DNA of 64,000 nucleotides from Chthoniobacteraceae bacterium (GTDB lineage: Bacteria > Verrucomicrobiota > Verrucomicrobiia > Chthoniobacterales > Chthoniobacteraceae), in contig JBBCKI010000071.1 in the NCBI GenBank assembly GCA_037190965.1, positions 1 through 64,000 of the forward strand, read 5' to 3'. A program made the position numbers and the translations under genes. Below, one piece after another: positions 36,545 to 46,751 of this stretch. Below the pieces are notes generated by a model, which saw only the letters and a program-made list of their open reading frames with translations, ran no database searches and was not told the origin of the DNA. Position 1 is the first letter of the stretch; every line of letters starts with the position of its first letter.

Positions 36545-38026
36545 TTACGGCCCAATGACGACGAACGAACGGAATTTCCCTCGTGCGATCGAAATGACAA
36601 TCCGTTGTCCCGGTTTGATCGACCGGACCAGCCGTGTGAATTCGGCGGGGCTCCCGACGGGCTGCCCGCCGATTTCTTCGATCACATCGCCCGGTTGCAG
36701 GACTTCCGCGGCGGGAGCGGCGGGGTCGACGGCTGTGATTACGACGCCGTGCACGTTGGCGGGAAGCTCGCTTCGCTGGGCGGTCGGGATGGGGCCGGTT
36801 TCCAGCCCGTAGAGCGGGTTATCGGGGCCCGGCTCCCCTTGGGGAGCTTGTGGAGGCTTTTGTTGCTGCTGACGGGGTTGCGGGGAGGCGGAGGAGCGGA
36901 AACCGTCGGGTTGCTCCTCGATGGTGGCGGAGAGGGTCTCCTCGTTCTTATTACGCAGGATTTTGATTTCGACGGTCCCTCCAACCGGCGTGGAGGAGAC
37001 CTGCCGGAAGAGATCGCGGATGCCATGGATCGCCTTGCCGTTGAAGGCGATGACGACGTCGCCCTCTTTGAGCCCCGCCTTTTCCGCCGGAGAGCCGGGG
37101 GCAATGCCGGTGATGAGCGCCCCGGGTTGATTGGGCACGCCGAGTTGCGCCGCGATTTCAGGGGTCAGTTCCTGCATCGCCACTCCCAGATAACCGCGCA
37201 CGACGCGCCCGGTGCTGATGATGCTCTCAAGCGAGCGACGGACGGTGTTGGAAGGAATCGCAAAGCCAACGCCCTGCCAGGTGCCGCTGCCCGAGTAGTT
37301 GCCGATGGCGGTGTTGATGCCGATGATCTCGCCGCGCAGGTTGACGAGCGGCCCGCCCGAATTGCCGGGGTTGATGGCGGTGTCGGTCTGGAAGAATTCG
37401 GTGCCGCTTTCGTCGGAAACCTGGCGGCCCGTGGCGCTGATGATGCCCTGGGTAACACTCTCCTGCAGGCCGAACGGGTTGCCGACGGCGAGGACCATCG
37501 AGCCGACTTTCACCCGATCCGAATCTCCAAGCGGCAGCGGAACGAGCCCTTCGGCGTTGATTTTGAGCACGGCGATATCGTTGATCTCATCGGTGCCGAT
37601 GATTTTGGCGGGAAACTCCCGGCCGTCGCGGAGCTGCACTTTGACTTCGTCCACGTTGGCGACGACGTGGTTGTTGGTCAGGATATGCCCCTCCTTGGAG
37701 ACGATCACGCCGGAGCCGAGCGAGTTCTGGACGAACTCCCGGGGGACCTTGCGGCCTCTGCGGCCAAAGAAATACTCGAATGGGTCGACCCTCTGCTGCT
37801 CCTGCATCTTGCGCGAGGTGGTGAGGCTGACGACGGAGGGGATCACGGCCTCGACCAGCCGGGTATACGCTTCGTCGAGCGCGGCGAGCACCTGGACATC
37901 CTTCAGATCAATCCGGGGGGAAGGCGCGGGCGTGAACGTTTCAGGAACGCTTCGGTGCAGGTTCCAGCGGGAGATCAGGAAAACGGCGAGAATGACGAGG
38001 GCGACGAAGATGAGGAACCGTTTCAT
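36545..38026 (-). CDS. HtrA/DegP-DegQ serine protease with two PDZ domains
   Basis: LGSGVIV, LTNNHVV, DIAVLK, QTDTAINPGNSGGPL. Confidence 0.95.
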   Translation of the reverse strand: MKRFLIFVALVILAVFLISRWNLHRSVPETFTPAPSPRIDLKDVQVLAALDEAYTRLVEAVIPSVVSLTTSRKMQEQQRVDPFEYFFGRRGRKVPREFVQNSLGSGVIVSKEGHILTNNHVVANVDEVKVQLRDGREFPAKIIGTDEINDIAVLKINAEGLVPLPLGDSDRVKVGSMVLAVGNPFGLQESVTQGIISATGRQVSDESGTEFFQTDTAINPGNSGGPLVNLRGEIIGINTAIGNYSGSGTWQGVGFAIPSNTVRRSLESIISTGRVVRGYLGVAMQELTPEIAAQLGVPNQPGALITGIAPGSPAEKAGLKEGDVVIAFNGKAIHGIRDLFRQVSSTPVGGTVEIKILRNKNEETLSATIEEQPDGFRSSASPQPRQQQQKPPQAPQGEPGPDNPLYGLETGPIPTAQRSELPANVHGVVITAVDPAAPAAEVLQPGDVIEEIGGQPVGSPAEFTRLVRSIKPGQRIVISIARGKFRSFVVIGP

Positions 38027-38072
38027 TCGCGAGAAGGGATATACTTTGGCTGGAATCTCCAAAAGCTCATTT

Positions 38073-40205
38073 TCAAGTCGCCAGCGTCACCTGCCGCCGC
38101 GCGGCAAGCAGGCTGCGAAAGCGCCGGTTCTCCGGGGCCGCCAATTCGGGATCGGTTGCGAAAAGTTCCGTGGCTGCCTGCCGGGCAAGCCGCATCAGGT
38201 CCGCGTCGGCAATCGGGTCTCCGATCTTGAGCGGCGGCAGGCCGCTTTGGGCGGTGCCCAGCAAATCGCCGGGGCCGCGCAGGCGGAGATCAGCCTCCGC
38301 AATTTCAAAGCCGTTGGATGTCGCCTCCATCGTCTGCATTTTCTCCAGCCCCTCCGGGGTGTCGGCGGCGTGAATGAGGATACAGTACGATTTATGGCTG
38401 CCCCGGCCGATCCGCCCCCGAAGCTGATGCAGCTGGGCAAGCCCGAAGCGCTCGGCGTTTTCGATCAACATGATGTTGGCATTGGCCACGTCGATGCCGA
38501 CCTCGATCACGGTCGTGGCGATGAGCACCTGGCTTTCATTTCGGCGAAAGCGTTCCATGATGGCGTCCTTCTCCTCCGGAGCCACGCGGCCGTGCAGCAG
38601 TTCGCAACGGTGCGGGGCAAACTGCTTCTGCCATTTCTCGAATTCGGCGGCGGCTGCTTTGGCTTCCGTCTTTGCCGATTCATCAATGAGCGGATAGACG
38701 ACATACGCCTGCCGCCCGACGTCGAGGTGCTTCTTGATGAAGGCCACGGCATCGGGGAGCTTGGATTCGTCGCGCGCTGCGGTGACGATTTTGCCGCGCC
38801 CGGCGGGAAGCTCGTCGAGCATGGAGACGTCGAGGTCTCCGTAAAGCGTCATGGTGAGCGTCCGCGGGATCGGCGTGGCGGTCATGACCAGCACATCGGG
38901 CGCGACGGCACCCCGCAACAAAGCCGCGCGCTGGAGCACGCCGAATTTGTGCTGCTCGTCGATCACCGCGAGGCCGAGCCGCTCGAACTCTTCGCCATAG
39001 AGCAGCGCGTGGGTGCCGACGATGATCTGGGGGGCGGCGTCTTCCGACGATCCGCCGAAAAGCGGGAGCGGGGCGCTCTCTTCCTGCCGGGAACCGGTGC
39101 GGAGCGCGATCCGGACGCCCAGCGGCTCCAGCCATCGTTTGAAGTTGAGGTAGTGCTGCTCGGCGAGAATCTGGGTCGGGGCCATCAGGGCCGCCTGCGC
39201 CCCTGCTTCCACGGCCAGCAGCATGGCGGAGAGGGCCACGACGGTTTTCCCGGAGCCGACATCGCCGTGCAGCATCCGGTTCATGGGGCGGGAAGCGGCG
39301 AGATCGTGGCGGATCTCATCGATCACACGGCTTTGCGCGCCGGTGAGCGGGAAGGGAAGCTGCCCCTGGAAGGCCGTCAACAACGCGCCTGATCCACAGT
39401 GGGCCTGCCCGGGCTGTGCGGTGGCTTCCGCGCGGCGCGAGGCGATGACCAATTGCATCTCGAAGAACTCGCCTAGAATCAGCTCCCGTTTTGCCGCGTT
39501 GAGCGTCTCCCAGCTTTCGGGGAAATGCATCGCCCGGAGGGCATCGAAGTGCCGCATCGTCGCCAGCCCGGCAGGGAGAGGGCCGAGCAGCACGGAGGCG
39601 GCCAGGCTGGAGGTTTCCGCAAGCAGCCGGTAGATCCAGCCGCGCAGGTCGCGCGCGGAGATTCCTGCCGTGGCCGGGTGGATGGGGGTGATCCGGCGCA
39701 GGTGCGGCGTTTGGTGTTCGCCCTGCTGGCCGTCCGCTTCCGGATCGACTTCTTCAAATTCCGGGTGATCGATGACGATCTGTTTGCCCACCCGCTTCGG
39801 TTTCCCGTAAATGATCAGCTTCTGTCCGACGGCGATCTTCTTCTGTACATAATGGGCGTTGAACCAGCGGCAGATGAGCGTACCGCTCAACGCGTGGCCG
39901 TTCTCTTCCTGGAGCACCACGTCGAACATCTTCCGCCCGCCGCCGAACCAGCGAGAGTTGGTTTTGGCCACGATGCCGCAGACGCAGACGGCCTTGGGGC
40001 TCTCGTCGCGGGGGAAGGAGTCGAACTGTCGCCGGTCTTCATGCCGGTGCGGCAGGTGCGTAAGAAGATCGAGCACCGTCGTGATCCCGAATTTCTCAAG
40101 CGCCCGGACGCGGGCCGTTCCCAACCACTCGATTTCGCCCAGCGGTTTCCCCGCAAAGAAGGCGGAACCGTCCGGCGGGGCGGCAATTTTGGCAGGTGAC
40201 GTCAC
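38073..40205 (-). CDS. recG: ATP-dependent DNA helicase RecG
   Basis: GDVGSGKT, DEQHKFG, TATPIPRT, TTVIEVGID, QLRGRIGRG. Confidence 0.97.
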   Translation of the reverse strand: MTSPAKIAAPPDGSAFFAGKPLGEIEWLGTARVRALEKFGITTVLDLLTHLPHRHEDRRQFDSFPRDESPKAVCVCGIVAKTNSRWFGGGRKMFDVVLQEENGHALSGTLICRWFNAHYVQKKIAVGQKLIIYGKPKRVGKQIVIDHPEFEEVDPEADGQQGEHQTPHLRRITPIHPATAGISARDLRGWIYRLLAETSSLAASVLLGPLPAGLATMRHFDALRAMHFPESWETLNAAKRELILGEFFEMQLVIASRRAEATAQPGQAHCGSGALLTAFQGQLPFPLTGAQSRVIDEIRHDLAASRPMNRMLHGDVGSGKTVVALSAMLLAVEAGAQAALMAPTQILAEQHYLNFKRWLEPLGVRIALRTGSRQEESAPLPLFGGSSEDAAPQIIVGTHALLYGEEFERLGLAVIDEQHKFGVLQRAALLRGAVAPDVLVMTATPIPRTLTMTLYGDLDVSMLDELPAGRGKIVTAARDESKLPDAVAFIKKHLDVGRQAYVVYPLIDESAKTEAKAAAAEFEKWQKQFAPHRCELLHGRVAPEEKDAIMERFRRNESQVLIATTVIEVGIDVANANIMLIENAERFGLAQLHQLRGRIGRGSHKSYCILIHAADTPEGLEKMQTMEATSNGFEIAEADLRLRGPGDLLGTAQSGLPPLKIGDPIADADLMRLARQAATELFATDPELAAPENRRFRSLLAARRQVTLAT

Positions 40206-40409
40206 AAGGGCAACCTATGAGGGGAGCAGGCGCGAGGCAAGATCAGGGGTTATTCCCAGTTGTTGAAAAGTTATTCACAGGCAAAAAAGGACTCAGGAAA
40301 AAGAGGTAGCAGGGCCTCATCCTTTAACCCCCCGGCGGGAACGGGGGTGCGCCGATTGTGGCTGCGCGCCGCAGCCCATAGGCTCTCTCGCAACCGAAAG
40401 GATCCCGCC

Positions 40410-41078
40410 ATGTCTCAGACCACTGCCGATCTCTCCGAACCCGAAGCCCTCGACGATGTATTTGCGGAAACTGAAGCATTGATGCCCGTGCCAGAAATCC
40501 CCGAGCAGGGGGCGATCAGCGACGAATCGCTGATGCGATCCATTGCCCGGGGCAACGCTGCTTCCCTTTCCGCTCTTTATGACCGTTACTCTTCCATTCT
40601 CAAGGCGTTGATTATCCGCGTCGTTCACGACGAGGCAGAGGCCGACGACCTTTTGCAGGAAGTTTTCCTGCAAGTCTGGCAGCAGGCCCAAAACTATTCG
40701 TCCGACAAGGGCAAACCGCTCGGGTGGATTGTGACCCTCACGCGCAGACGCGCCATCGACCGCCTTCGCAAACGGCAGGCTTATTGTCGAGCCAAGGACC
40801 GTTTTGAGGTCACCGTGGACCGGCAACCCGAGTCCTGGGTACACAATCGAATCGAGGATGACATCAACCTGGAAGACATGCGGTCTTTCCTCAACGCGAG
40901 GATCGAAACGCTTCCTCCCTTCCAGAAGCAGGCCATCGAACTGGCGTTTTTCCAGGGGATGAGCCAGCGCGAGATCGCGATTGCGACCTCAACGCCGTTG
41001 GGAACCATCAAGACCCGGCTGGAGCTGGGCTTGCGCAAGCTCTCGGAGTCGATCCGAGGGATTCGGCACAAGATTTAG
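40410..41078 (+). CDS. ECF RNA polymerase sigma factor (SigK-like)
   Basis: DDLLQEVFLQVW, WIVTLTRRRAIDRLR, GMSQREIA...PLGTIKTR. Confidence 0.92.
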   Translation: MSQTTADLSEPEALDDVFAETEALMPVPEIPEQGAISDESLMRSIARGNAASLSALYDRYSSILKALIIRVVHDEAEADDLLQEVFLQVWQQAQNYSSDKGKPLGWIVTLTRRRAIDRLRKRQAYCRAKDRFEVTVDRQPESWVHNRIEDDINLEDMRSFLNARIETLPPFQKQAIELAFFQGMSQREIAIATSTPLGTIKTRLELGLRKLSESIRGIRHKI

Positions 41079-41161
41079 CTCCGATTTAACTTTCGTCGAG
41101 GCTCTGGTTTTTCGCTGTTTTCAGCGGAATCCAGGGTGTCAGTGGGGATCAGAAGCCAAGC

Positions 41162-41325
41162 GGTGCGGCAGCACCGATAGCACGCTCGCGCCGTAGAGCG
41201 GGGGTATCGGCTTCCGTAACGTCACGAAGGCCGCATTCCAATACCAGCAACCCGTCCTGCGGGGATGGACGCCAAACGCGACTCTTCATCAATCCCGCGC
41301 TCGACGGCGCGAGCGGTCTACCTTG
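41162..41325 (-). repeat. REP doublet family A, copy 7
   Basis: GGTGCGGCAGCACCGATAGCACGCTCG ... CCCGCGCTCGACGGCGCGAGCGGTCTACCTTG. Confidence 0.9.
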
Positions 41326-41384
41326 CGCCCTTTGCCTCGGCTCAGCCTCTTGCGCCAGCTTTCCTTCCACTACCGCTTTTAGGC

Positions 41385-42233
41385 TTAGTCTTCCTCGCGG
41401 AGAGCCGCGGGGTCGGCCCCTTCGGCCCGGAGTTGCCGTAGGCTCAACGCGGCGTGGCGTTTCGCCAGCCGCTCGCCGGTGGCGGGATCGAGCACCAGGG
41501 GTGCGTGGTAGAACGCTGGCGGCTCCCAGCCGAGGGCGCGGTAGAGCAATAACTGCCGAAAGGTGGAAAGCAGGAGATCCGCGCCGCGCACGACTTCCGT
41601 GATCCGCATCGCGGCGTCATCGGCCACCACCGCGAGCTGGTAGGCGGGGACATTGTCGCGCCGCCAGACCACGAAGTCGCCGAAATCAATCCCGGCTACC
41701 GCCGTTTGCGGCCCCTGGGCGGCATCGAGAAAGGCAAGGCGTTCGCCATGCGGCACGCGGAACCGCCAGTGGACATCGGGAAGATCGAGGCTTGGAGCGG
41801 GCGGCGTGCCGGGCAGCGGGCGGCAGGCTCCCGGGTAGTTGGGCTCCTCGTCGCCCGCATGAGGCGCGCCGAGGGCCGTCAGTACATCGCGCCGGGAGCA
41901 GCGGCACGGATAAATGAAACCGCCGCGCCGGAGATGTTCCAGAACTTCCCGGTAAAGGCCGCGCCGCTGGCTCTGGATGTAAGGGGCATAAGGGCCGCCG
42001 CAGTCCGGTCCTTCATCCCATTTCAGGCCGAACCAGTGTAAATCTTCGAGGATGGCTTCGCGGAACTCCGGCTTGCACCGGGCTTCGTCGATGTCCTCGA
42101 TCCTCATCACTAGCGTGCCACCCGCCGCCCGCGCTCGTTCCTGCGCGATCCAGAATGTCCGGGCATGGCCAAGGTGCAGGTATCCCGTGGGAGACGGGGC
42201 GATTCTGCCGCGATAACCGGGTTGCGGGGTCAT
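41385..42233 (-). CDS. gluQ: Glutamyl-Q tRNA(Asp) synthetase
   Basis: RIAPSPTGYLHLGH, RIEDID, YPCRCSR, YQLAVVADD, VRGADL, LAKR; no anticodon-binding domain. Confidence 0.92.
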   Translation of the reverse strand: MTPQPGYRGRIAPSPTGYLHLGHARTFWIAQERARAAGGTLVMRIEDIDEARCKPEFREAILEDLHWFGLKWDEGPDCGGPYAPYIQSQRRGLYREVLEHLRRGGFIYPCRCSRRDVLTALGAPHAGDEEPNYPGACRPLPGTPPAPSLDLPDVHWRFRVPHGERLAFLDAAQGPQTAVAGIDFGDFVVWRRDNVPAYQLAVVADDAAMRITEVVRGADLLLSTFRQLLLYRALGWEPPAFYHAPLVLDPATGERLAKRHAALSLRQLRAEGADPAALREED

Positions 42234-42343
42234 GGCCGGGGGTGCGGCGTTAGTCGCAAGCGGCGTGGGAAAAGCTGCGGAAAACCGCAGCACTCCAAGA
42301 CGTTTCGCGCTTCATCATGCGCCATATAGGCATCGTGGGGGTC

Positions 42344-42829
42344 TCAATCCCGGAAGTTCTTGAAGGCGAGGAAGACCCCGAAGTCCTGTCCCCGCAGGAA
42401 GGTGATCACTTCCTGAAGATCGTCGCGCTTTTTGCCGGTCACGCGAATCTGGCGATCCTGCAGGGAGCTTTGCACTTTGCCGCCCATGCCCTTGATTGCC
42501 TTGGTGATATCCCGGGCTTTGTCGCCTTCGATTCCCTGCTGGATCAGGATCTTCTGGGTGGCGTGACCGAGAGGCGAGATGGCAGGGTCTTTCCGCTCGA
42601 CGTTACGGAGGTCGATGTTCCGCTTGGCCAGTTTGTTGATGACGATCTCCAGCAACCCCTTGAGGTGAGCTGCGTCTTCGGCGGAGAGATCGATCTCATT
42701 CTTGTTCATCTCGATCTTGGCGGTGCTTCCCTTGAAGTCGAAGCGCGTGGCCAGTTCCTTGCGGGCCTGGGTGATCGCGTTGTCGATTTCTCCCTTGTCG
42801 ATTTCCGAAACAATGTCGAATGACGGCAT
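42344..42829 (-). CDS. yajQ: YajQ family cyclic di-GMP-binding protein
   Basis: MPSFDIVSE, RFDFKG, RVTGKKRDDLQ, NFRD. Confidence 0.96.
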   Translation of the reverse strand: MPSFDIVSEIDKGEIDNAITQARKELATRFDFKGSTAKIEMNKNEIDLSAEDAAHLKGLLEIVINKLAKRNIDLRNVERKDPAISPLGHATQKILIQQGIEGDKARDITKAIKGMGGKVQSSLQDRQIRVTGKKRDDLQEVITFLRGQDFGVFLAFKNFRD

Positions 42830-42877
42830 GGGGCGGATTCTAACCCGATGCGTTGATCCGCAAAAGAAGAAAGGATT

Positions 42878-42965
42878 TCGCGCCAAGCTCGCCAAGGCCG
42901 CAAAGAGAGAGGAGAGGGGCTCGTCCTGGAGACGAACCTTGGCGGTCTTGGCGAGCTTGGCGCGA
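42878..42965. repeat. Long inverted repeat built of CGCCAAG-type units (family D)
   Basis: TCGCGCCAAGCTCGCCAAGGCCGCAAAG ... CTTGGCGGTCTTGGCGAGCTTGGCGCGA. Confidence 0.8.
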
Positions 42966-43030
42966 GTCTCCTCCCCTCCTTGATGTGCAGGCTTCCCAAG
43001 GCCCCGCCCGGCCGTCATGCTCCCGTTCCG

Positions 43031-43831
43031 GTGAAAGCGTATCTTTTTGATGACGGCTCTGAAACAGGCTTGGGCCGGGGCAAACCGGTTCCCCTGGGCG
43101 CCCGGCTTCTCTATTTTGCGCTGGCGTCGGGCCTTCTTGTGGCGCTTTTCTACCTTTGCGCCCGCGCTTCCGGATACGTCTGGGATTGGGGGGCCGTGTT
43201 CCCTTACTGGCGCAAATTCGTCTCGGGGTGGCGGGTGACTGTGCAAATTTCCGCCGCCGCGCTGGTCCTGAGCACGGCCATCGGCCTCGTTTTTGCCCTC
43301 GCGCGGCGCAGTCGGATTCTGCCGGTCCGTTATTTCAGCCGGTTGTATGTGGAACTGATTCGGGGGACGCCGCTGCTGGTGCAATTATTGATCAGCTTTT
43401 ATATCGTGGCCAACGGCTTCGGGGTGCAGAACCGCTATGTGGTTGGGGTCGTGGCGCTGGCGCTCTTCAGCGGCGCGTACATCAGCGAAATCATCCGGGC
43501 GGGAATCGAGAGCGTCGGGGCATCGCAACTGGAATCGGCGCGCGCCATCGGGCTTACCCTCGCGCAGACCTACCGGCACGTCGTCTTTCCCCAGGCCATC
43601 CGGCAGATGATGCCGCCGCTGGCGGGGCAGTTTGCGTCGCTGGTGAAGGATTCCTCGCTGCTTTCCGTGCTGGGGATCAGCGAGTTCATGCTCAGCGGGC
43701 AGGAGGTCAGCAGTTTTACCTATGCGACGTTCGAAGCGTACATTCCGCTGGCGTTCGGCTATTTGATCATCACCCTTCCGATTTCGCTCTGGATCCAGGC
43801 GATGGAACGGCGGCACCGATTTGAGACATGA
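43031..43831 (+). CDS. Polar amino acid ABC transporter permease (start uncertain)
   Basis: RGTPLLVQL, AYISEIIRAGI, QLESARAIG, LVKDSSL. Confidence 0.93.
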   Translation: MKAYLFDDGSETGLGRGKPVPLGARLLYFALASGLLVALFYLCARASGYVWDWGAVFPYWRKFVSGWRVTVQISAAALVLSTAIGLVFALARRSRILPVRYFSRLYVELIRGTPLLVQLLISFYIVANGFGVQNRYVVGVVALALFSGAYISEIIRAGIESVGASQLESARAIGLTLAQTYRHVVFPQAIRQMMPPLAGQFASLVKDSSLLSVLGISEFMLSGQEVSSFTYATFEAYIPLAFGYLIITLPISLWIQAMERRHRFET

Positions 43832-44559
43832 ACCTTCATCTGGAACAGATCGTCAAAAGTTTCGACGGACGGCGCGTGCTTGAGGAGGTCTCTGCGCGAT
43901 TCGAGCAGGTGCGCTCGCTGGTTTTCATCGGCCCGTCGGGCGGCGGCAAATCGACGTTGCTGCGGATCATCGCCGGGTTGGAGACGGCGGATTCCGGTCA
44001 TGTCTCGCTCGATGGCGAGCGCGTTCCGCAGGAGGAACCGGCCTTGCGGCGGTATCGGCGCTCGGTCGGCGTGGTGTTTCAGGCGTTCAACCTGTTCCCT
44101 CACCTTTCCGCTTTGGAAAACCTGACGTTGCCGCTCGAGAAGGCGCATGGCCAGACTCGCGAAGAGGCACGGAGCACGGCGTTGGCGGCCTTGCGCCGGT
44201 TTCGGCTGGAAGCGCACGCCGACAAGCGGCCCGGCCAGCTTTCGGGCGGGCAGAAGCAGCGCGTGGCGATCGCGCGCGCCATCGCGATCAAGCCGAAGCT
44301 GCTGCTCTTCGACGAGCCGACCTCTGCCCTCGACCCCGAGATGACCGCCGAGGTGCTGGAAGTCATTGAGGAACTTCGCGCGGAGGGGAGCGATTTCATT
44401 CTGGTCACGCACCAGATGGGGTTCGCCCGCCGCGTGGCGGATCGCGTCGCCTTTCTGGCCGAGGGCCGTTTGCTGGAAAGCGGCCCCGCCGAGGAGCTCT
44501 TTGAGTCCCCTCGCAGCGCGGCGTGCCGGGAGTTTCTTTCGCGGGTGCTGAAATATTAG
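43828..44559 (+). CDS. Polar amino acid ABC transporter ATP-binding protein
   Basis: GPSGGGKST, FQAFNLFPH, LSGGQKQR, FDEPTSALDPE. Confidence 0.95.
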   Translation: MNLHLEQIVKSFDGRRVLEEVSARFEQVRSLVFIGPSGGGKSTLLRIIAGLETADSGHVSLDGERVPQEEPALRRYRRSVGVVFQAFNLFPHLSALENLTLPLEKAHGQTREEARSTALAALRRFRLEAHADKRPGQLSGGQKQRVAIARAIAIKPKLLLFDEPTSALDPEMTAEVLEVIEELRAEGSDFILVTHQMGFARRVADRVAFLAEGRLLESGPAEELFESPRSAACREFLSRVLKY

Positions 44560-44626
44560 GGCGTGTTCACACGAATTTGTCAAAAGTCGCCTTTTTGGCC
44601 CGGAATCGGCTTCTTCCAGAAGTTGA

Positions 44627-45490
44627 ATGCCGCAGCACAAGGTAGATTCTTTTTCCAGCCCCAAGCCCCGGGCGGCCTCCCGGGCAGTGGAGGAATTTTT
44701 GCCGCGCAAACCGGAGCGGGAGGCGGTGTATGCGTTATGGGACAAGCTGGCGGACCGGCCTGCGCATGAGATTGAGGCGAGCTTGCAGTTCCTGATGACG
44801 ACGCTATGCGAGTGGTTCGACGCTCGGGATGTCGTCTGGGTGGGGGCGGCGCGAGTGATGGCGGGGAAGGCGGCGGGGCAGGATGCGCAGTTGGGGTGGA
44901 GGGGGCTGGCAGTGCGGCACTACGATTGTGACGAGGCGAATCTGCTGCGGAGCCAGTACGCGGTAAAAGCGCAGGAGCATTCGCCCCCCGCGACGACGCT
45001 GGCGTTGATCGCGGGGATGGGGCGCTTGCGGGTGCATCGGTTGCACGACGGTTTTGTGGATATGGAGCGTTTCCGGCGGACGGAGGGCTACCGGGTAGTC
45101 TACGAGGAGGCGGGAATTGTGGATCGGATGTTTGCCGCGGTGCCGATCAATGAAGATGCCGAGTCGTTCCTGCTGCTGGATCGATATGGGGAGGCGCAGG
45201 GGTTTACGCAGCGAGAGATGGAATGGCTGCACTTCTGCATGCGGGGGCTGAAGTGGTTCCATCGGGAGCTGTTGCTGGCGAGCGGTTTGCTGGTGGCGGG
45301 AGCGCCGTTGACGCCCACGGAGCGGCGGATCTTATGCCTCGCGTTGACCGATAAGAGCGAGAAGCAGATTGCCGAGGCGGTGGGCCAGTCGCCCAAGACA
45401 ACGCATAAATACATCACTGAGATTGCCCGGCGCTTTGGAGTGCCGGGAAGGATCGGGCTCATGGCGCTTTGGCTGGGGCGGGCCGGGTAA
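44627..45490 (+). CDS. Transcriptional regulator with an N-terminal sensor-like domain and a C-terminal LuxR-type HTH
   Basis: LTPTERRIL...SEKQIAEAVGQSPKTTHKYI. Confidence 0.85.
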   Translation: MPQHKVDSFSSPKPRAASRAVEEFLPRKPEREAVYALWDKLADRPAHEIEASLQFLMTTLCEWFDARDVVWVGAARVMAGKAAGQDAQLGWRGLAVRHYDCDEANLLRSQYAVKAQEHSPPATTLALIAGMGRLRVHRLHDGFVDMERFRRTEGYRVVYEEAGIVDRMFAAVPINEDAESFLLLDRYGEAQGFTQREMEWLHFCMRGLKWFHRELLLASGLLVAGAPLTPTERRILCLALTDKSEKQIAEAVGQSPKTTHKYITEIARRFGVPGRIGLMALWLGRAG

Positions 45491-45573
45491 AGGGGGTGTT
45501 TTCCCCCTCTGATCCGAGGGGGGACGGGGAAGTGGGCGGTTGGTAGGGTGTTTGCCTTGAAACGCTCAACGCT

Positions 45574-46275
45574 ATGATTCCCAACAAAACTTTTTTGCTT
45601 GCTGCCGCGCTGCTCGCGGGCTTTTCCGTTAGCGTCCAGGCAGAGGTTTTGCTTTCCAATCTCTGGCGTCCTTATGCCTACGACATCGGCGTGGGGAGGT
45701 ACACGGCCTCGACTCAGTATCTGGCGCAGTCTTTCCAGACGGGATATACGAGCAAGGACTACTGGAGGCTGGACGCCGTGCGGCTGATGATGGGCAGTAT
45801 CGTAGACAATCCGGAAGGCGATTTCGAACTGGCGATCTACAGCAGTTCGGACAATCTGCCCGGCGTAAAGCTCGCGACGCTTTCCGGGCCGAGCCGACCA
45901 GATGACGATATGGCGGAGCAGGAATTTACCGGTTCGCTACTGCTCGATCCCGGGACGCAATACTGGATTGTTGCCTCTTCCCCGGCTGCGCGTGCAAAAG
46001 GGGCCTACCGCTGGGGCGGCAATGATTATACTTCCTTCTGGATTGATGAAGACGGCTGGGGAGCGGACCCTCTGCATGCGATTGCGATCTCTTCAAATGG
46101 CAGCACCTGGCAGAATTTCAGCCTTTCGGACAACGGGATCGGCTATCTTTTCTTTGAGATCGACGCCACGGCTGTTTATGCGATCCCCGAACCTGGTGCA
46201 TTGGCGATGCTGGGCGCCGGGTTGGCGGGGGGATGGCTTCGTAGGAAGCGGAGGACCGTGAAAGCCGCCTCCTGA
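45574..46275 (+). CDS. PEP-CTERM surface protein (choice-of-anchor R-like)
   Basis: Signal peptide, LSNL, AQSFQTG, PGVKLATL, L.PGTQYWIV; IPEPG, TM and RRKRR. Confidence 0.88.
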   Translation: MIPNKTFLLAAALLAGFSVSVQAEVLLSNLWRPYAYDIGVGRYTASTQYLAQSFQTGYTSKDYWRLDAVRLMMGSIVDNPEGDFELAIYSSSDNLPGVKLATLSGPSRPDDDMAEQEFTGSLLLDPGTQYWIVASSPAARAKGAYRWGGNDYTSFWIDEDGWGADPLHAIAISSNGSTWQNFSLSDNGIGYLFFEIDATAVYAIPEPGALAMLGAGLAGGWLRRKRRTVKAAS

Positions 46276-46366
46276 GCCGGCGGATAAACCCCGGGCGTCC
46301 ACACGCAGCTGGGAGGAGAAAAACGTTGCAATCAAAACCGCAAAAATTAAGCTCCTCCTCTCTAAT

Positions 46367-46600
46367 ATGGCAGATCTCGCGAACAAATATTCGGATAACG
46401 TCGCTGGTACGTTCTACGTCGACGATCAATGCATCGATTGCGACCTGTGCCGTGAGACGGCACCGGCAAATTTCACCCGCAACGACGACGGCGGCCATTC
46501 CTACGTCTACAAGCAGCCCGAGAGCCCGGAAGAAGAGGCCCTCTGCAAAGAGGCGATGGAAGGTTGTCCGGTCGAAGCGATCGGTAACGACGGCGAATAA
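46367..46600 (+). CDS. Single-cluster ferredoxin
   Basis: CIDCDLC ... CPVEAIG. Confidence 0.93.
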   Translation: MADLANKYSDNVAGTFYVDDQCIDCDLCRETAPANFTRNDDGGHSYVYKQPESPEEEALCKEAMEGCPVEAIGNDGE

Positions 46601-46631
46601 GCCGTTTACAGACATTCTAATTAGCGTTCCC

Positions 46632-46677
46632 CCCCGCGCTTCTTGTGATCTGCTCACAGCGCGGGGTTTTGTTTTTT
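46632..46677 (+). terminator. Rho-independent terminator after the ferredoxin gene
   Basis: CCCCGCGCT...AGCGCGGGG followed by TTTTGTTTTTT. Confidence 0.75.
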
Positions 46678-46751
46678 ACGGAACGCCGATGGCGTAGCGC
46701 GTCAAAAGAGCTTTCTGGAGACGCCGGGAACGGCTATACCGGGCGGGACCG

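Noticed and set aside
40250..40279. Replication origin
   Set aside because: Only one perfect and one imperfect DnaA box, no AT-rich unwinding element, and no dnaA/dnaN
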